From: Candidatus Coprovivens sp.
Lineage (GTDB): Bacteria; Bacillota_I; Bacilli_A; RF39; UBA660
DNA: 64,000 bases
NCBI GenBank assembly: GCA_051892935.1
Contig: JBJFGS010000025.1
Coordinates: 64,001 to 128,000 of the forward strand
Reading direction: 5' to 3'
Part shown: positions 9,198 through 19,124 of the stretch, in pieces
Position numbering within the stretch: the stretch's first letter is position 1
How the letters are laid out: every line of letters starts with the position of its first letter
Notes under the pieces: generated by a model
The model's input: the letters and a program-made list of their open reading frames with translations, nothing else
Database searches by the model: none
What the model was told of the DNA's origin: nothing
Translations under genes and position numbers: made by a program

Positions 9198-9617
9198 ATG
9201 AAAGGATATGTTTTAGATTATATTAACGAAAATGAATTTAAAAAACTAGAAAGAGCATTAAAAAAATATAATATGCTAGCTTATAAAAAATTAAATTTTG
9301 AATATTATCCTGCATTAAGAAATGGTAAATTCGTTGGTAAAATGACTAGTCAAAATAAAAAAGCTGGTACTGAAACATACGAACTTAAATTACCAAGTGA
9401 TAACATGTTTACTCAAGTTCATGGTGACGTTAAATTAATATATACTGTATATGTAAAAGAACAAACAATTATGTTAAATACTATTACTCCATCTGATATA
9501 TTATTAGAAGGACACAAATCTGAATTAACAACATATAAAGGTATTATGATATCAAAACAAAACGCATCTAAAGATATGTTTAAAATAGACTTATTAAAAA
9601 TGTTACAAGACAAATAA
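9198..9617 (+). CDS. Hypothetical protein, possible RelE/ParE-like fold
   Basis: ATG after AGGGGG. Pattern YELKL...GDVKLIYTV...IMLNTI resembles RelE YRLRV-GDYRIIY-VLVL. Confidence 0.6.
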   Translation: MKGYVLDYINENEFKKLERALKKYNMLAYKKLNFEYYPALRNGKFVGKMTSQNKKAGTETYELKLPSDNMFTQVHGDVKLIYTVYVKEQTIMLNTITPSDILLEGHKSELTTYKGIMISKQNASKDMFKIDLLKMLQDK

Positions 9618-9639
9618 GAGTATAAAATACTCTTTTTTT
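9616..9639 (+). terminator. Intrinsic terminator
   Basis: AAGAGTA-TAAAA-TACTCTT followed by a T run. Confidence 0.7.
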
Positions 9640-9700
9640 ATGTCTAAATTTGCCAAAATAAACATAATATAATAAGATATAAAACCAAAGAAGGGGTAAT

Positions 9701-10312
9701 ATGATAAAAAAATATACATTAGAATCCTTAAATATCTATATATTAATACTTAGTTCAATAATATATATAATAGGTTTATTTACAATCGATTTATTTCCTA
9801 AAACAACCAAAGCATTAATAATAGTAGGTATATTAACAATGATAATCATATCATTATATTGTTATTTAAATAAGAAAAATACAATATATAATATCGGAAT
9901 ATTTCTAACATTACTATTAAATGTAGTAATAATATATAATATAATTAACTTAAATAATAGATACGATTACATAACAAATGTCATAACAAAAAAGTATGAA
10001 TATAAAGAATATGACATATATGTTCTTAAAAAAAATCCCAAATATAATGAACTAGAAAAACTAAATAACAAAACAATTGGTATATTAAATGAAAACAATG
10101 AAAACTTTTGCAATCAAATAAACAATGATATAGAAATAAAATGCTTATACTATAGTTCATTAGATGAAATAGAAGAATCAATTAAAACAGGAATAATCCA
10201 ATCTTTTGCACTATCAAAAGAAGAACAACTAATATTAAATCAAAGTAGCTTAGATATAAAAAAACAAAGTAGAATAATAAAAACTATCAAAATAAAAGAT
10301 TCTATTAATTAG
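9701..10312 (+). CDS. Three-TM membrane protein with an extracellular domain resembling the CpsA/Wzg accessory domain
   Basis: Three hydrophobic helices then YDIYVLK...LNNKTIGIL; paralogous to the C-terminal half of 11405..12433. Confidence 0.6.
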   Translation: MIKKYTLESLNIYILILSSIIYIIGLFTIDLFPKTTKALIIVGILTMIIISLYCYLNKKNTIYNIGIFLTLLLNVVIIYNIINLNNRYDYITNVITKKYEYKEYDIYVLKKNPKYNELEKLNNKTIGILNENNENFCNQINNDIEIKCLYYSSLDEIEESIKTGIIQSFALSKEEQLILNQSSLDIKKQSRIIKTIKIKDSIN

Positions 10313-10318
10313 AATCTT

Positions 10319-11305
10319 TTATCGTTTTAAATTCTTAACAGCTGTATCCAAATCGGTTATAGATAAATTAGCCATTAAATCAATATTATTATTTTTATAA
10401 GGTAAAGCACAAGATTCATATATAGAATATAAAGAATTATTAATAACCGTGGTTTGTTCAATCATATTAGGTGCTTCTATAGTAACATAATTTAAAGAAG
10501 GATCGTTATAATCCAAAATATTTTCATCATATTTATAAATTTGTAAAATAGAAGGCATATTTTTACCAAAAGAACGACTAAATATTATATAATCGAGACC
10601 ATCAACATTATAAATAGTAACACCTTGTACCTTATCAGGTATAGAAAATTTTCTAACATAACCAAGAGTTAAAACACGCGTATTCGAATCAATTGATATA
10701 TCATACTCCTTAATAAAACCCAAACCATTCAAACTAAAATTTCCCACAAATAAATGATTATTATATACAGATAAAAAAGAAATAGAATTTAAAAATGGAT
10801 TTCTATAATTAATCAATCCACTACCTACATCAACATCAGAGTATTTCGGGAAAACATTGGAATTATGTAATATAGAATCAAAATCAAAAGCACTAACACA
10901 GCCATCAAGAGAAGCAACCCACACCAAGTTATTTTCTTTATCATAAGATAAACCACCAACATGCGATTTATTATCCAAATAAGCAGTATTCACAATAGAA
11001 CCATCATTATTTAAAGTATATACGCAAGAATTACTATTTTTAGAATAATCATAAGAAGAAATCAAAAAATATTCGCCAGTATAACATAAACCTTGAGGAA
11101 CCATTTCATCAACAATCGGTATTTTAACATCAGACATTTGAATCAAACTATCTCCCTCTGCAATTGTTGAAGAAGAAACATCATAAAGTGCACATAATGA
11201 AAAATTAGAATTTAAAACATCAGTACCATAAGAAGAACAAACAATTGCTCCCGTAAGTAAACTTAAAAAAGCAACTTTATTTTTCATTTTCATAATAATC
11301 ACCAT
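10319..11305 (-). CDS. Secreted hypothetical protein, probable beta-propeller (YncE-like)
   Basis: Signal-like N-terminus; VPQGLC, SHVGGLSYD and KVQGVT blade-like motifs. Confidence 0.6.
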   Translation of the reverse strand: MVIIMKMKNKVAFLSLLTGAIVCSSYGTDVLNSNFSLCALYDVSSSTIAEGDSLIQMSDVKIPIVDEMVPQGLCYTGEYFLISSYDYSKNSNSCVYTLNNDGSIVNTAYLDNKSHVGGLSYDKENNLVWVASLDGCVSAFDFDSILHNSNVFPKYSDVDVGSGLINYRNPFLNSISFLSVYNNHLFVGNFSLNGLGFIKEYDISIDSNTRVLTLGYVRKFSIPDKVQGVTIYNVDGLDYIIFSRSFGKNMPSILQIYKYDENILDYNDPSLNYVTIEAPNMIEQTTVINNSLYSIYESCALPYKNNNIDLMANLSITDLDTAVKNLKR

Positions 11306-11404
11306 AGAAAAAGTATATCAAAAAAAATCACAAAAAACATTATTAGACCTTTTATTTTAAAAAAAATATGATATATTATTATTGTTAATTTGGAGTGATA
11401 AAAA

Positions 11405-12433
11405 ATGGTGAAAAAAAAGTCAAAAACACAAAAGTATAAGAAAAATCAAAAGAAAAAAATACAAAAAGTACAAACATCTAAGAAAAATAATCAAAATAAA
11501 ATACCAAAGGAAACAAAAAAACAAAATAGTAATCAACTAGTATCAAAAGAGAATGTAAAATACAATGTAGTTTTAAATAAAATAGTTCAAAATAATACAA
11601 AAAAACAGCAAAATAATCAAACAAATACAGAAAATAAAAAAACAAGCAATAATATAATATCTAAAATTAAAAACAAAATAACTATTCTTTGTAAAAAACA
11701 AGAAAAAAAGCAATCACCAAAATCATATAATTCAAAAAGAAAAAAAGTATCACATAAAATTGAAAAAGAAATTAAAAAGTCATTGCCTTCACTAAAAACA
11801 GAACAAGATCTAAAGAAAAAAAACATTTTCATTAGACTTTTTTACGAAATTAAAAATAACACACACATAATATTTAATACCATACTAATAATTACTTTCA
11901 TAACATTATTAATAGGGCTCATAAGAATTAATGTTTTTAAAACAGGTACTATAGTATATATAAGTTGTATAATAATCTTCCTAATGATTGTTGCAATATC
12001 ATACAATAAATACATAAGTGGAAAAATTTTTACTATTATAATAACAGCAGGAATGTTCGTTGGTATATACTACATGCAATATACATACGACTATATAAGA
12101 AATTTAAATTCTAATATATACGAATATAAAACATATTATGTTGTTGCATTCGACACAACAATAAATAGAAGCATATATACAATAAATAATAAAAAAGTAG
12201 GATTACTAAAAGAAAACTGCATTAATATTGAAAGAAAACTAAATACCAAGTTAGATAAAGTAAATTATATAGAATACGAAAATATAAACGATTTATTTGA
12301 AGATTTTTACAACAGTAAATTTAAAGCAATATTAGTTAATGAAAATCAATACAATTATTTAAAAAATAAAATAGAACCAAATAGTAGAGATATAAAAATA
12401 CTATACGAATTTAAAGTAAATGCTAAAAAGTAG
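11405..12433 (+). CDS. Membrane protein: K/Q/N-rich cytoplasmic tail, three TM helices, CpsA-accessory-like domain
   Basis: Low-complexity basic N-terminus; YEYKTYYVVA...INNKKVGLL paralogous to 9701..10312. Confidence 0.6.
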   Translation: MVKKKSKTQKYKKNQKKKIQKVQTSKKNNQNKIPKETKKQNSNQLVSKENVKYNVVLNKIVQNNTKKQQNNQTNTENKKTSNNIISKIKNKITILCKKQEKKQSPKSYNSKRKKVSHKIEKEIKKSLPSLKTEQDLKKKNIFIRLFYEIKNNTHIIFNTILIITFITLLIGLIRINVFKTGTIVYISCIIIFLMIVAISYNKYISGKIFTIIITAGMFVGIYYMQYTYDYIRNLNSNIYEYKTYYVVAFDTTINRSIYTINNKKVGLLKENCINIERKLNTKLDKVNYIEYENINDLFEDFYNSKFKAILVNENQYNYLKNKIEPNSRDIKILYEFKVNAKK

Positions 12434-12579
12434 TTTTTAAAAAACTACTTTTTTAAATACTTTACACATAATATAAATAAGCAACAAATAAATCGAACAA
12501 ATGATTGATTAAAAAGAAATACGAATTTATAATATATATAGAATAAAGGTAGAGTATTATTCTTAGAAAGAAGGTAAAT

Positions 12580-12681
12580 ATGAATAGTATAGAAGCATGG
12601 GAAATTTTTAAAAACACTGGAAATATAATCGATTATCTAGTATATATAAAAATTAAAAATTTTGAAATTAAAAAAAATTAA
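12580..12681 (+). CDS. YqzL-like small protein (33 aa, not in ORF track)
   Basis: MNSIEAWEIFKNTGNIIDYLVYIKIKNFEIKKN carries the W-x2-F-x2-TG-x3-DYL-x-Y pattern; RBS AAGAAGGT. Confidence 0.75.
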   Translation: MNSIEAWEIFKNTGNIIDYLVYIKIKNFEIKKN

Positions 12682-12728
12682 TATATTTAATTCAAAACTT
12701 CTGATATAATACAAAAGAAGGTGATAAA

Positions 12729-13307
12729 ATGAAAATAAAAAGAATAGTAGCTTATATAATAGATTTCTTCATCGTAAGTATTATATCATCATTGATATTC
12801 TGTTTACCATTTTTTAATAAATATAATAATGAATATCAAGAAATTACATCAGAATACCTAAAATTAATAGCTAATAGCGGCTCAGAAGAAATAGACTACG
12901 ATATAGAAAGTCAACTATTATACGATATGAGTAAATCCAGTCAACCACTATCAATAATCAATTGTGGAACGATAATACTATATTTTGGAATACTTTCATT
13001 CATATTAAATGGACAAACGCTTGGTAAAAAGATAATGAAAATAAAAGTAGCACCATTAGAAGGAAATAAGCTTAATCCCAATTTATATATGATAAGAGAA
13101 ATAATTGTAACGAATCTTATTCCCAAAATATTATCCATAATAGCATTAGCGTTCTTAAGTAAATCAAACTGGTTAATAGCTCAAAATATTATAGGATACT
13201 TGTCAAACATAACTCTTTTCCTAATTATTGGCTTTATGATCTTTAGAGATGATGAAAGAGGATTACACGACATCATATGTAAAACAAACGTTATCGAAGT
13301 AAAATAA
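12729..13307 (+). CDS. RDD family membrane protein
   Basis: KRIVAYIID, GQTLGKKIMKIKV and RGLHDIICKT. Confidence 0.93.
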   Translation: MKIKRIVAYIIDFFIVSIISSLIFCLPFFNKYNNEYQEITSEYLKLIANSGSEEIDYDIESQLLYDMSKSSQPLSIINCGTIILYFGILSFILNGQTLGKKIMKIKVAPLEGNKLNPNLYMIREIIVTNLIPKILSIIALAFLSKSNWLIAQNIIGYLSNITLFLIIGFMIFRDDERGLHDIICKTNVIEVK

Positions 13308-13331
13308 AACTACAAAAATAGTTTTATTTTT
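13300..13331. repeat. 32-bp target-site duplication, left copy (right copy at 13524-13555); contains the RDD stop codon and terminator hairpin
   Basis: TAAAATAAAACTACAAAAATAGTTTTATTTTT is identical at both positions. Confidence 0.9.
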
Positions 13332-13523
13332 CAGAGTGTTGACAAACTACTTATCTCAAAAAATTAGAAAATTTAGTTTTGTAATAGTGGGAGTAGTTTA
13401 TCAAATTTAGAGTAATTTTAGGTTTTAAGAGTCTAAAAATTGCTCTTTTTATATATTAAAGTGGGGATTATAAAAAGCCGTATGACAAAGCCGGTTTTAA
13501 ATACCGACTTTGTCAACGGCCTG
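13332..13523. mobile_element. 192-bp non-autonomous MITE with IS1182/IS5-like ends
   Basis: Terminal inverted repeats CAGAGTGTTGACAAA / CAGGCCGTTGACAAA (12 of 15 match), long flanking duplication, no transposase ORF. Confidence 0.85.
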
Positions 13524-13620
13524 TAAAATAAAACTACAAAAATAGTTTTATTTTTTTTTAAAAGTTTCTTTTCATAAACAAACATTTATATTATAATAAA
13601 AAAGAATAGGAGTATACTTT

Positions 13621-14940
13621 ATGGAAATCAAAAGAAATAAAAACTTCATAAATACATATGAAAACGAAATCAAACCATATAGAGAAAAGTATTACAAAGA
13701 CATTCTAAAATATTCAAAAGATGAAAAAAAATACCCAATCATTTCAATATATTTAATACCAATAATAACTTCAATAGTTACATTGCTAATTACAAATTTT
13801 AATATAACGGGATATATAATTTCATTCATAGAAATATTCATAATAAACTATTTAATAAAAATAGTTTTAAAATATCTAAAAATAGAACAAAATAATGAAT
13901 ATTTAGAAATCTTAAAGAAAAAAGGCTATTACTCGATTGAAGACTATGAAAAAAAACTAAAAAGTATAATAACTGGACCAAATGGATATTATCAAAAGTT
14001 GTTAAATGAATTAATAGAAAAATATAAAATAAATGAAACAACAAGAAAAGTTACAACAACATCAGGAGAAGAATACTATTATTGGACAAATACAAATCGC
14101 GATAAAATAATGCTACTAAATACAAAATATAATAAAAAACCAGAAATAAAAGCAATACATATATCTAACATAAGATATTATCGAATAGACAATGAAAAAA
14201 AATCTATTATAATAAATACATCAACAGAAATATATTCATTTAAAATAGAAAGCTCAAAAATATTCAACGAAATAATAAAAGAGAAAAAACTAGAAAATAT
14301 TACAGCTTTTAATCCAGCAACATATATAGATGATTTTGAAATATATATGCATAGTATAAAAAGCGAAGATAATAAAAAAAATCTCGAAAATTCACAAAGA
14401 ATAACTAAAAGCGTTAATTACATTATAATATTTTCAATAATCTATTTAATAATAAGTTTATTAATATTTATATTAAAAAAATATCTTTTATTATTAAATA
14501 TACTAAATGTGATAAGTATATGTATAATAAGTATAAACCTACAAATAGCGCTATCCACTAATAGAAAATACAATAAAACAGATACAGAATACATAAAAGA
14601 ATTAAACACAAATCCAGAATGTATAACTAGATTTGAAGAATTGAAATATGTTTTGGGAATAAAACCAACATATGACAACGTATACACCCCAGAAGGAGTA
14701 GAATATAAAACATGGCTAGCAAATGGATATTTTCACGTTTTCTTAAACTTAATATATTTTAATACAGTATATATGTCAGTTAAAATATCGGATGTAGCAT
14801 ATTATAAAAAAGAAGATAATGAATGTATTGTAAAATTAAAAGATAAAACCTTAGTATTTACAAGTGATTCCGAAGAGGTTTTTAGAAAAATACTACCAAA
14901 TAAAGATTATTATTGGTTAAAAGGTTATCAAAAAAAATAA
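13621..14940 (+). CDS. Membrane protein with an internally duplicated [2 TM + beta-rich domain] unit
   Basis: GEEYYYW...IHISNIRYY...IFNEIIKEK versus GVEYKTW...VKISDVAYY...VFRKILPNK. Confidence 0.65.
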   Translation: MEIKRNKNFINTYENEIKPYREKYYKDILKYSKDEKKYPIISIYLIPIITSIVTLLITNFNITGYIISFIEIFIINYLIKIVLKYLKIEQNNEYLEILKKKGYYSIEDYEKKLKSIITGPNGYYQKLLNELIEKYKINETTRKVTTTSGEEYYYWTNTNRDKIMLLNTKYNKKPEIKAIHISNIRYYRIDNEKKSIIINTSTEIYSFKIESSKIFNEIIKEKKLENITAFNPATYIDDFEIYMHSIKSEDNKKNLENSQRITKSVNYIIIFSIIYLIISLLIFILKKYLLLLNILNVISICIISINLQIALSTNRKYNKTDTEYIKELNTNPECITRFEELKYVLGIKPTYDNVYTPEGVEYKTWLANGYFHVFLNLIYFNTVYMSVKISDVAYYKKEDNECIVKLKDKTLVFTSDSEEVFRKILPNKDYYWLKGYQKK

Positions 14941-14980
14941 AATGTGATATAATAAAAAAGATAAAAGGATGTGACCAAAT

Positions 14981-16540
14981 ATGGTAAGAGAATGTACAGG
15001 AAAAGAAGTAAATAGTGAATTCTTAAGAATAATCGATCAAAGAATATCAAATTTTGTAAATAGCAAAAGTATATCAGAAGAATTAATAACAGATTATAGC
15101 GCAGTAATAGAAGCATACGATCCAGTAGAGAAACAAACAAAAATGATTTATGCAGACAAAGAAGATGAATACAAAAGCATATGCGACTTTAGAAATTATA
15201 TAAATTTTAATAGAACAACAAGCGATAATGTTTACGAAATACCAGGAATAAAAATAAAAAATGAAGACAACCCAAGCGAAGAAACAAAAATTACTATTTA
15301 TTTACCAATTGAAAATATTAAAAACATTGTCAAAATATTAATTGAAAAGAAAGATTTATTTAATGGTATAGAATTTCCACAGGAATTATATCAAATATAT
15401 TACGATAATATAATACCAGGAACAGAATACGAAGGAATCTATGCTCCACTACCTAAAAAATTAAGCGAAACAGATGAAGAATACGAAGCAGGAATGGAAC
15501 AACATTATAGAGAACATGGCATAAATAGAGAAGAACTAGAAACTTACAGGAAACCATATCCTCATGAAAATGTAGACTATAGAGATTCGATAGGACCAAT
15601 AATGACTGATACACCAAGAGAAAGCTACATTAGACGAGTAGCTACAGCTATTCCAAGAGAAATAGCTGAACCAGAAGAAGAAACTCGTGAAGGCGAAAGA
15701 AGAAGAGTTGTAGATATAGATTTAACAATCGGTCAAATATTACGTCAAGCATACCTAGGAATAAAAGGAGTAAAAGAATCAAAAGACTCTATTAAAAAAA
15801 TAGCATCAATGGTAGGAGGAACAATAATAGTAGGTTTTTCTTTGGTTAATTTTCCAATAATAACACTTGGATTGCTAGGTAGTTCCGCGGCAATCGCTGG
15901 TCTAGGTCTAGGATATAAAAACAGTAAAAATCGTGGAAAACTAATAAAAGCAATTAAGAAAAAATTTAAAGACTTTTTCAAAGGTAAACCATTAGAAGAA
16001 GTTCCAGAAAATGGCGAAGAAACCCAAACATTAGGAGAGGGCGACAGCTCACCTGCATTTGAAGAAGAGTATGATTACGATGATTATGATGAAGAGTTAG
16101 ACGAAGAAGACCTAGGACATCCTGGCGAAGGAACAACCACAACTGAAGAAGGTGAAGGCTCATCTACATCAGAAGAAGATGAAGAAGAACTAGGGCATTC
16201 AGGAGAAGGAACAACTCCACCAGGAGGAAGTGAAGAAACACCTATATCAGAAGATACATATACACCAGAAGAGCCAAGCCAATCAATTTCTGATGATCTC
16301 GAAGTTTTATTTGGTGAATTGGAATTTGAATTTAATGAAATTAAAGGAATTGAAGCAATAATAAAAAAAGAAAGATACATACTAGAGAGTATGGCAGATG
16401 ACAATCCACATAAATCAGAAGTACTAGAAAATTTACAAAAAATGGAAAATGAATTAAGAGATTATTATTTAAGATGCTACGATATGATTCAACAATATGT
16501 TGCTGGAAAATCAAAAACTATAGGAGGACCAACACAATGA
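14981..16540 (+). CDS. Hypothetical protein with central hydrophobic hairpin and acidic low-complexity region
   Basis: 519-aa ORF; Gly-rich hydrophobic segment, D/E-rich tract with LGHxGEGTT twice, C-terminal coiled coil. Confidence 0.7.
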   Translation: MVRECTGKEVNSEFLRIIDQRISNFVNSKSISEELITDYSAVIEAYDPVEKQTKMIYADKEDEYKSICDFRNYINFNRTTSDNVYEIPGIKIKNEDNPSEETKITIYLPIENIKNIVKILIEKKDLFNGIEFPQELYQIYYDNIIPGTEYEGIYAPLPKKLSETDEEYEAGMEQHYREHGINREELETYRKPYPHENVDYRDSIGPIMTDTPRESYIRRVATAIPREIAEPEEETREGERRRVVDIDLTIGQILRQAYLGIKGVKESKDSIKKIASMVGGTIIVGFSLVNFPIITLGLLGSSAAIAGLGLGYKNSKNRGKLIKAIKKKFKDFFKGKPLEEVPENGEETQTLGEGDSSPAFEEEYDYDDYDEELDEEDLGHPGEGTTTTEEGEGSSTSEEDEEELGHSGEGTTPPGGSEETPISEDTYTPEEPSQSISDDLEVLFGELEFEFNEIKGIEAIIKKERYILESMADDNPHKSEVLENLQKMENELRDYYLRCYDMIQQYVAGKSKTIGGPTQ

Positions 16541-16860
16541 TTATAGAAGAAGAAACAACAATAATACTAGATAATGGAGTTCGCTATCTATTACTTGAAG
16601 AACTTGGAGAGATAGACGGATACCCAGGAAAAACATACTACTATGCTGCTGGAATAACAAAAAACGATAAAATAAACACTAATGATATTTGTTTCGTCGA
16701 AATAGAAAAAGAAAACAACGAAATATACGCAACAAAAGTAAAAAAAGATTCTGAATTATACGAGATCTTAGCATCACTTGAAGCCGTATCATTAGCAATA
16801 GGAGAAAATCCACAACTTATAAACGAATTAGAACAAAGAATAGAAGAACTTTCAGAATAA
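16537..16860 (+). CDS. Hypothetical acidic protein (possibly DUF1292-like)
   Basis: ATGA overlap with the upstream stop and RBS AGGAGG; sequence starts MIIEEETTIILDNG. Confidence 0.6.
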   Translation: MIIEEETTIILDNGVRYLLLEELGEIDGYPGKTYYYAAGITKNDKINTNDICFVEIEKENNEIYATKVKKDSELYEILASLEAVSLAIGENPQLINELEQRIEELSE

Positions 16861-16920
16861 AAAATAAAGAATGTAGCTTAATGCTACATTTTTTTGTATA
16901 ATAAAAAAGGTGATTTATAA

Positions 16921-19107
16921 ATGAAAAAAGCAGAGCTACTAATACCTGTTGGAAATCAAGAATGCTTAATAGCAGCAATTCATAATGGAGCCGATGCAGT
17001 ATACCTTGGTGGAAAAAAATTTGGAGCAAGAGCATATTCAAACAATTTCAATGAAGAAGAAATGGTAAAAGCAATAAAATTATGTCATCTATACGGAGTA
17101 AAAATATATGTAACAGTAAACACAATGATTTATAATGAAGAAATAAAAGAAGTATTAAACTATCTAAATTTTCTTTACATTAATAATGTTGATGCCGTAA
17201 TAATGCAAGATAATGGGTTAATAGAACTAGCAAGAAAATTAATACCTAATTTAGAAATACACGTTTCAACACAGGCTCATAATCATAACTCTCCAGCAAT
17301 ACAGCACTACAAAGAAATAGGATGTACTAGAGTAGTATTTGATCGAGAATCATCACTAGAATCAATAGCTAATATAACTGTAGACATAGAAAAAGAAGTC
17401 TTTATATATGGAGCACTATGTATTTGCTACTCAGGAAACTGCTTATTTAGCGCCTTAAACGGCGGTAGAAGTGCTAATAGAGGAATGTGTGTAGGTTCAT
17501 GTCGTCTACCATATACTTTATACAAAAATAACCAAAAACAAAAAGAAGGATACTTACTAAGTACAAAAGACTTAAATACACTTCCTAATCTTAAAGAAAT
17601 ACTAGATAAAAAGATTGATTCTTTAAAAGTAGAAGGTCGTATGAAAAGCAAAGAATACGTAGCAATAGTAACAAAAACATTCCGTAAACTAATTGATGAC
17701 TACTACAACAAAAAAGAAATAATCTTTACACAAGAAGATAATGAAAAACTATTACAAACATATAATAGAGAATTTACAAAAGGATACCTATTTAATGAAG
17801 ATAATATAATAAATAATAAAACATCAAATCACCAAGGAATAAAAATAGGTACAGTAATTGGCGTAAATAACAAAAAAATAACTATTAAGTTAGATAAAGA
17901 TTTATATCAAAACGATGCAATTAGATTTGATAAACCAAATAAAGGTATGTATGTAAATACCCTATATAATAATAAAGGACTACTAGTATCAAATATAGCC
18001 AAAGGAAACATATGCCAAGTAGACAATAAAGAAAGAATTATGATTAAAGACCTACTAGGCAGTAACGTTCTAAAAACAATAGATACAAAACTTAATGAAG
18101 AACTAAATCAAATAACAGAAAAGAAAATACCTATCAATATAACATTTAAAGCCAAAATAGACGCAAATAGCACACTTTCCATAACAGATAATACAAATAC
18201 CATAGAAATAGAAGGAACAATAACAGAAGAAGCTAAATCATCCCCTATAACAAAAGAACGTATTATAGAACAAATTACTAAACTAGGATCAACACCATTT
18301 ACACCAAATCAAATATTAGTAGATATAGATAGAAATATATTTATTAATATAAAAGAACTAAACGAACTAAGAAGACAAGCAGTAGAAAAACTAATAAATA
18401 AAAAAGAAGGACATTCCAAATCAGAAATACACCTTAGCATTCCATCTCCAATAGAAAAAATAAGTAATAATCCTAAAATAAGTATCTTAGTAAGAAACGA
18501 AGAACAATTAAATATAGCACTAAGAAATAATATAGACTATATATATGTAACAGAAGAAAAAATATACCAAAAATATAAAACATATAAAAATATTTATTTA
18601 AGACTAAACAGAGTAATAGAAAATCACCCAGACTATGAAAACGAAAGACTTCTATGTACAGAATTTGGTTCTATAATAAAATATAATAAAAATAATAGCA
18701 TAAGAACAGATTATTATCTAAATGTTGCAAACGATTATACCATAAACAAACTTATTAAATTAAACAGTAATTCTATTACTTTGAGTGTAGAATTATCAAT
18801 AGAACAACTAAAAAATATAAAAAATAAAGAAAAATCAGAAATATTAATATATGGAACACCAGAATGTATGATTATTAAAAATAATATATTTAATATAAAA
18901 GAAGAAAATGCCTACTTATTAGATAATAAGAACAATAAATATCCTATAATATATGATAATTATACTCATATCTTCAATCATACCAAAATTAATTTAATAG
19001 ATAAAATTCCTATATTAAAAAACTTTGGCACATATAGAATAGAATTATTAAACGAAAATATAATAGAAACACAAACAATTATAAATAAAATAAAAGATAT
19101 GTTATAA
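16921..19107 (+). CDS. Peptidase U32 family with C-terminal DUF3656-like region (RlhA-type rRNA hydroxylation protein)
   Basis: ELLIP, GADAVYLG, HVSTQ, GALCICYSGNCLFS, RSANRGMCVGSCR and KVEGRMK; 728-aa long form. Confidence 0.9.
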   Translation: MKKAELLIPVGNQECLIAAIHNGADAVYLGGKKFGARAYSNNFNEEEMVKAIKLCHLYGVKIYVTVNTMIYNEEIKEVLNYLNFLYINNVDAVIMQDNGLIELARKLIPNLEIHVSTQAHNHNSPAIQHYKEIGCTRVVFDRESSLESIANITVDIEKEVFIYGALCICYSGNCLFSALNGGRSANRGMCVGSCRLPYTLYKNNQKQKEGYLLSTKDLNTLPNLKEILDKKIDSLKVEGRMKSKEYVAIVTKTFRKLIDDYYNKKEIIFTQEDNEKLLQTYNREFTKGYLFNEDNIINNKTSNHQGIKIGTVIGVNNKKITIKLDKDLYQNDAIRFDKPNKGMYVNTLYNNKGLLVSNIAKGNICQVDNKERIMIKDLLGSNVLKTIDTKLNEELNQITEKKIPINITFKAKIDANSTLSITDNTNTIEIEGTITEEAKSSPITKERIIEQITKLGSTPFTPNQILVDIDRNIFINIKELNELRRQAVEKLINKKEGHSKSEIHLSIPSPIEKISNNPKISILVRNEEQLNIALRNNIDYIYVTEEKIYQKYKTYKNIYLRLNRVIENHPDYENERLLCTEFGSIIKYNKNNSIRTDYYLNVANDYTINKLIKLNSNSITLSVELSIEQLKNIKNKEKSEILIYGTPECMIIKNNIFNIKEENAYLLDNKNNKYPIIYDNYTHIFNHTKINLIDKIPILKNFGTYRIELLNENIIETQTIINKIKDML

Positions 19108-19124
19108 TAAAAATAGGTGATAGT

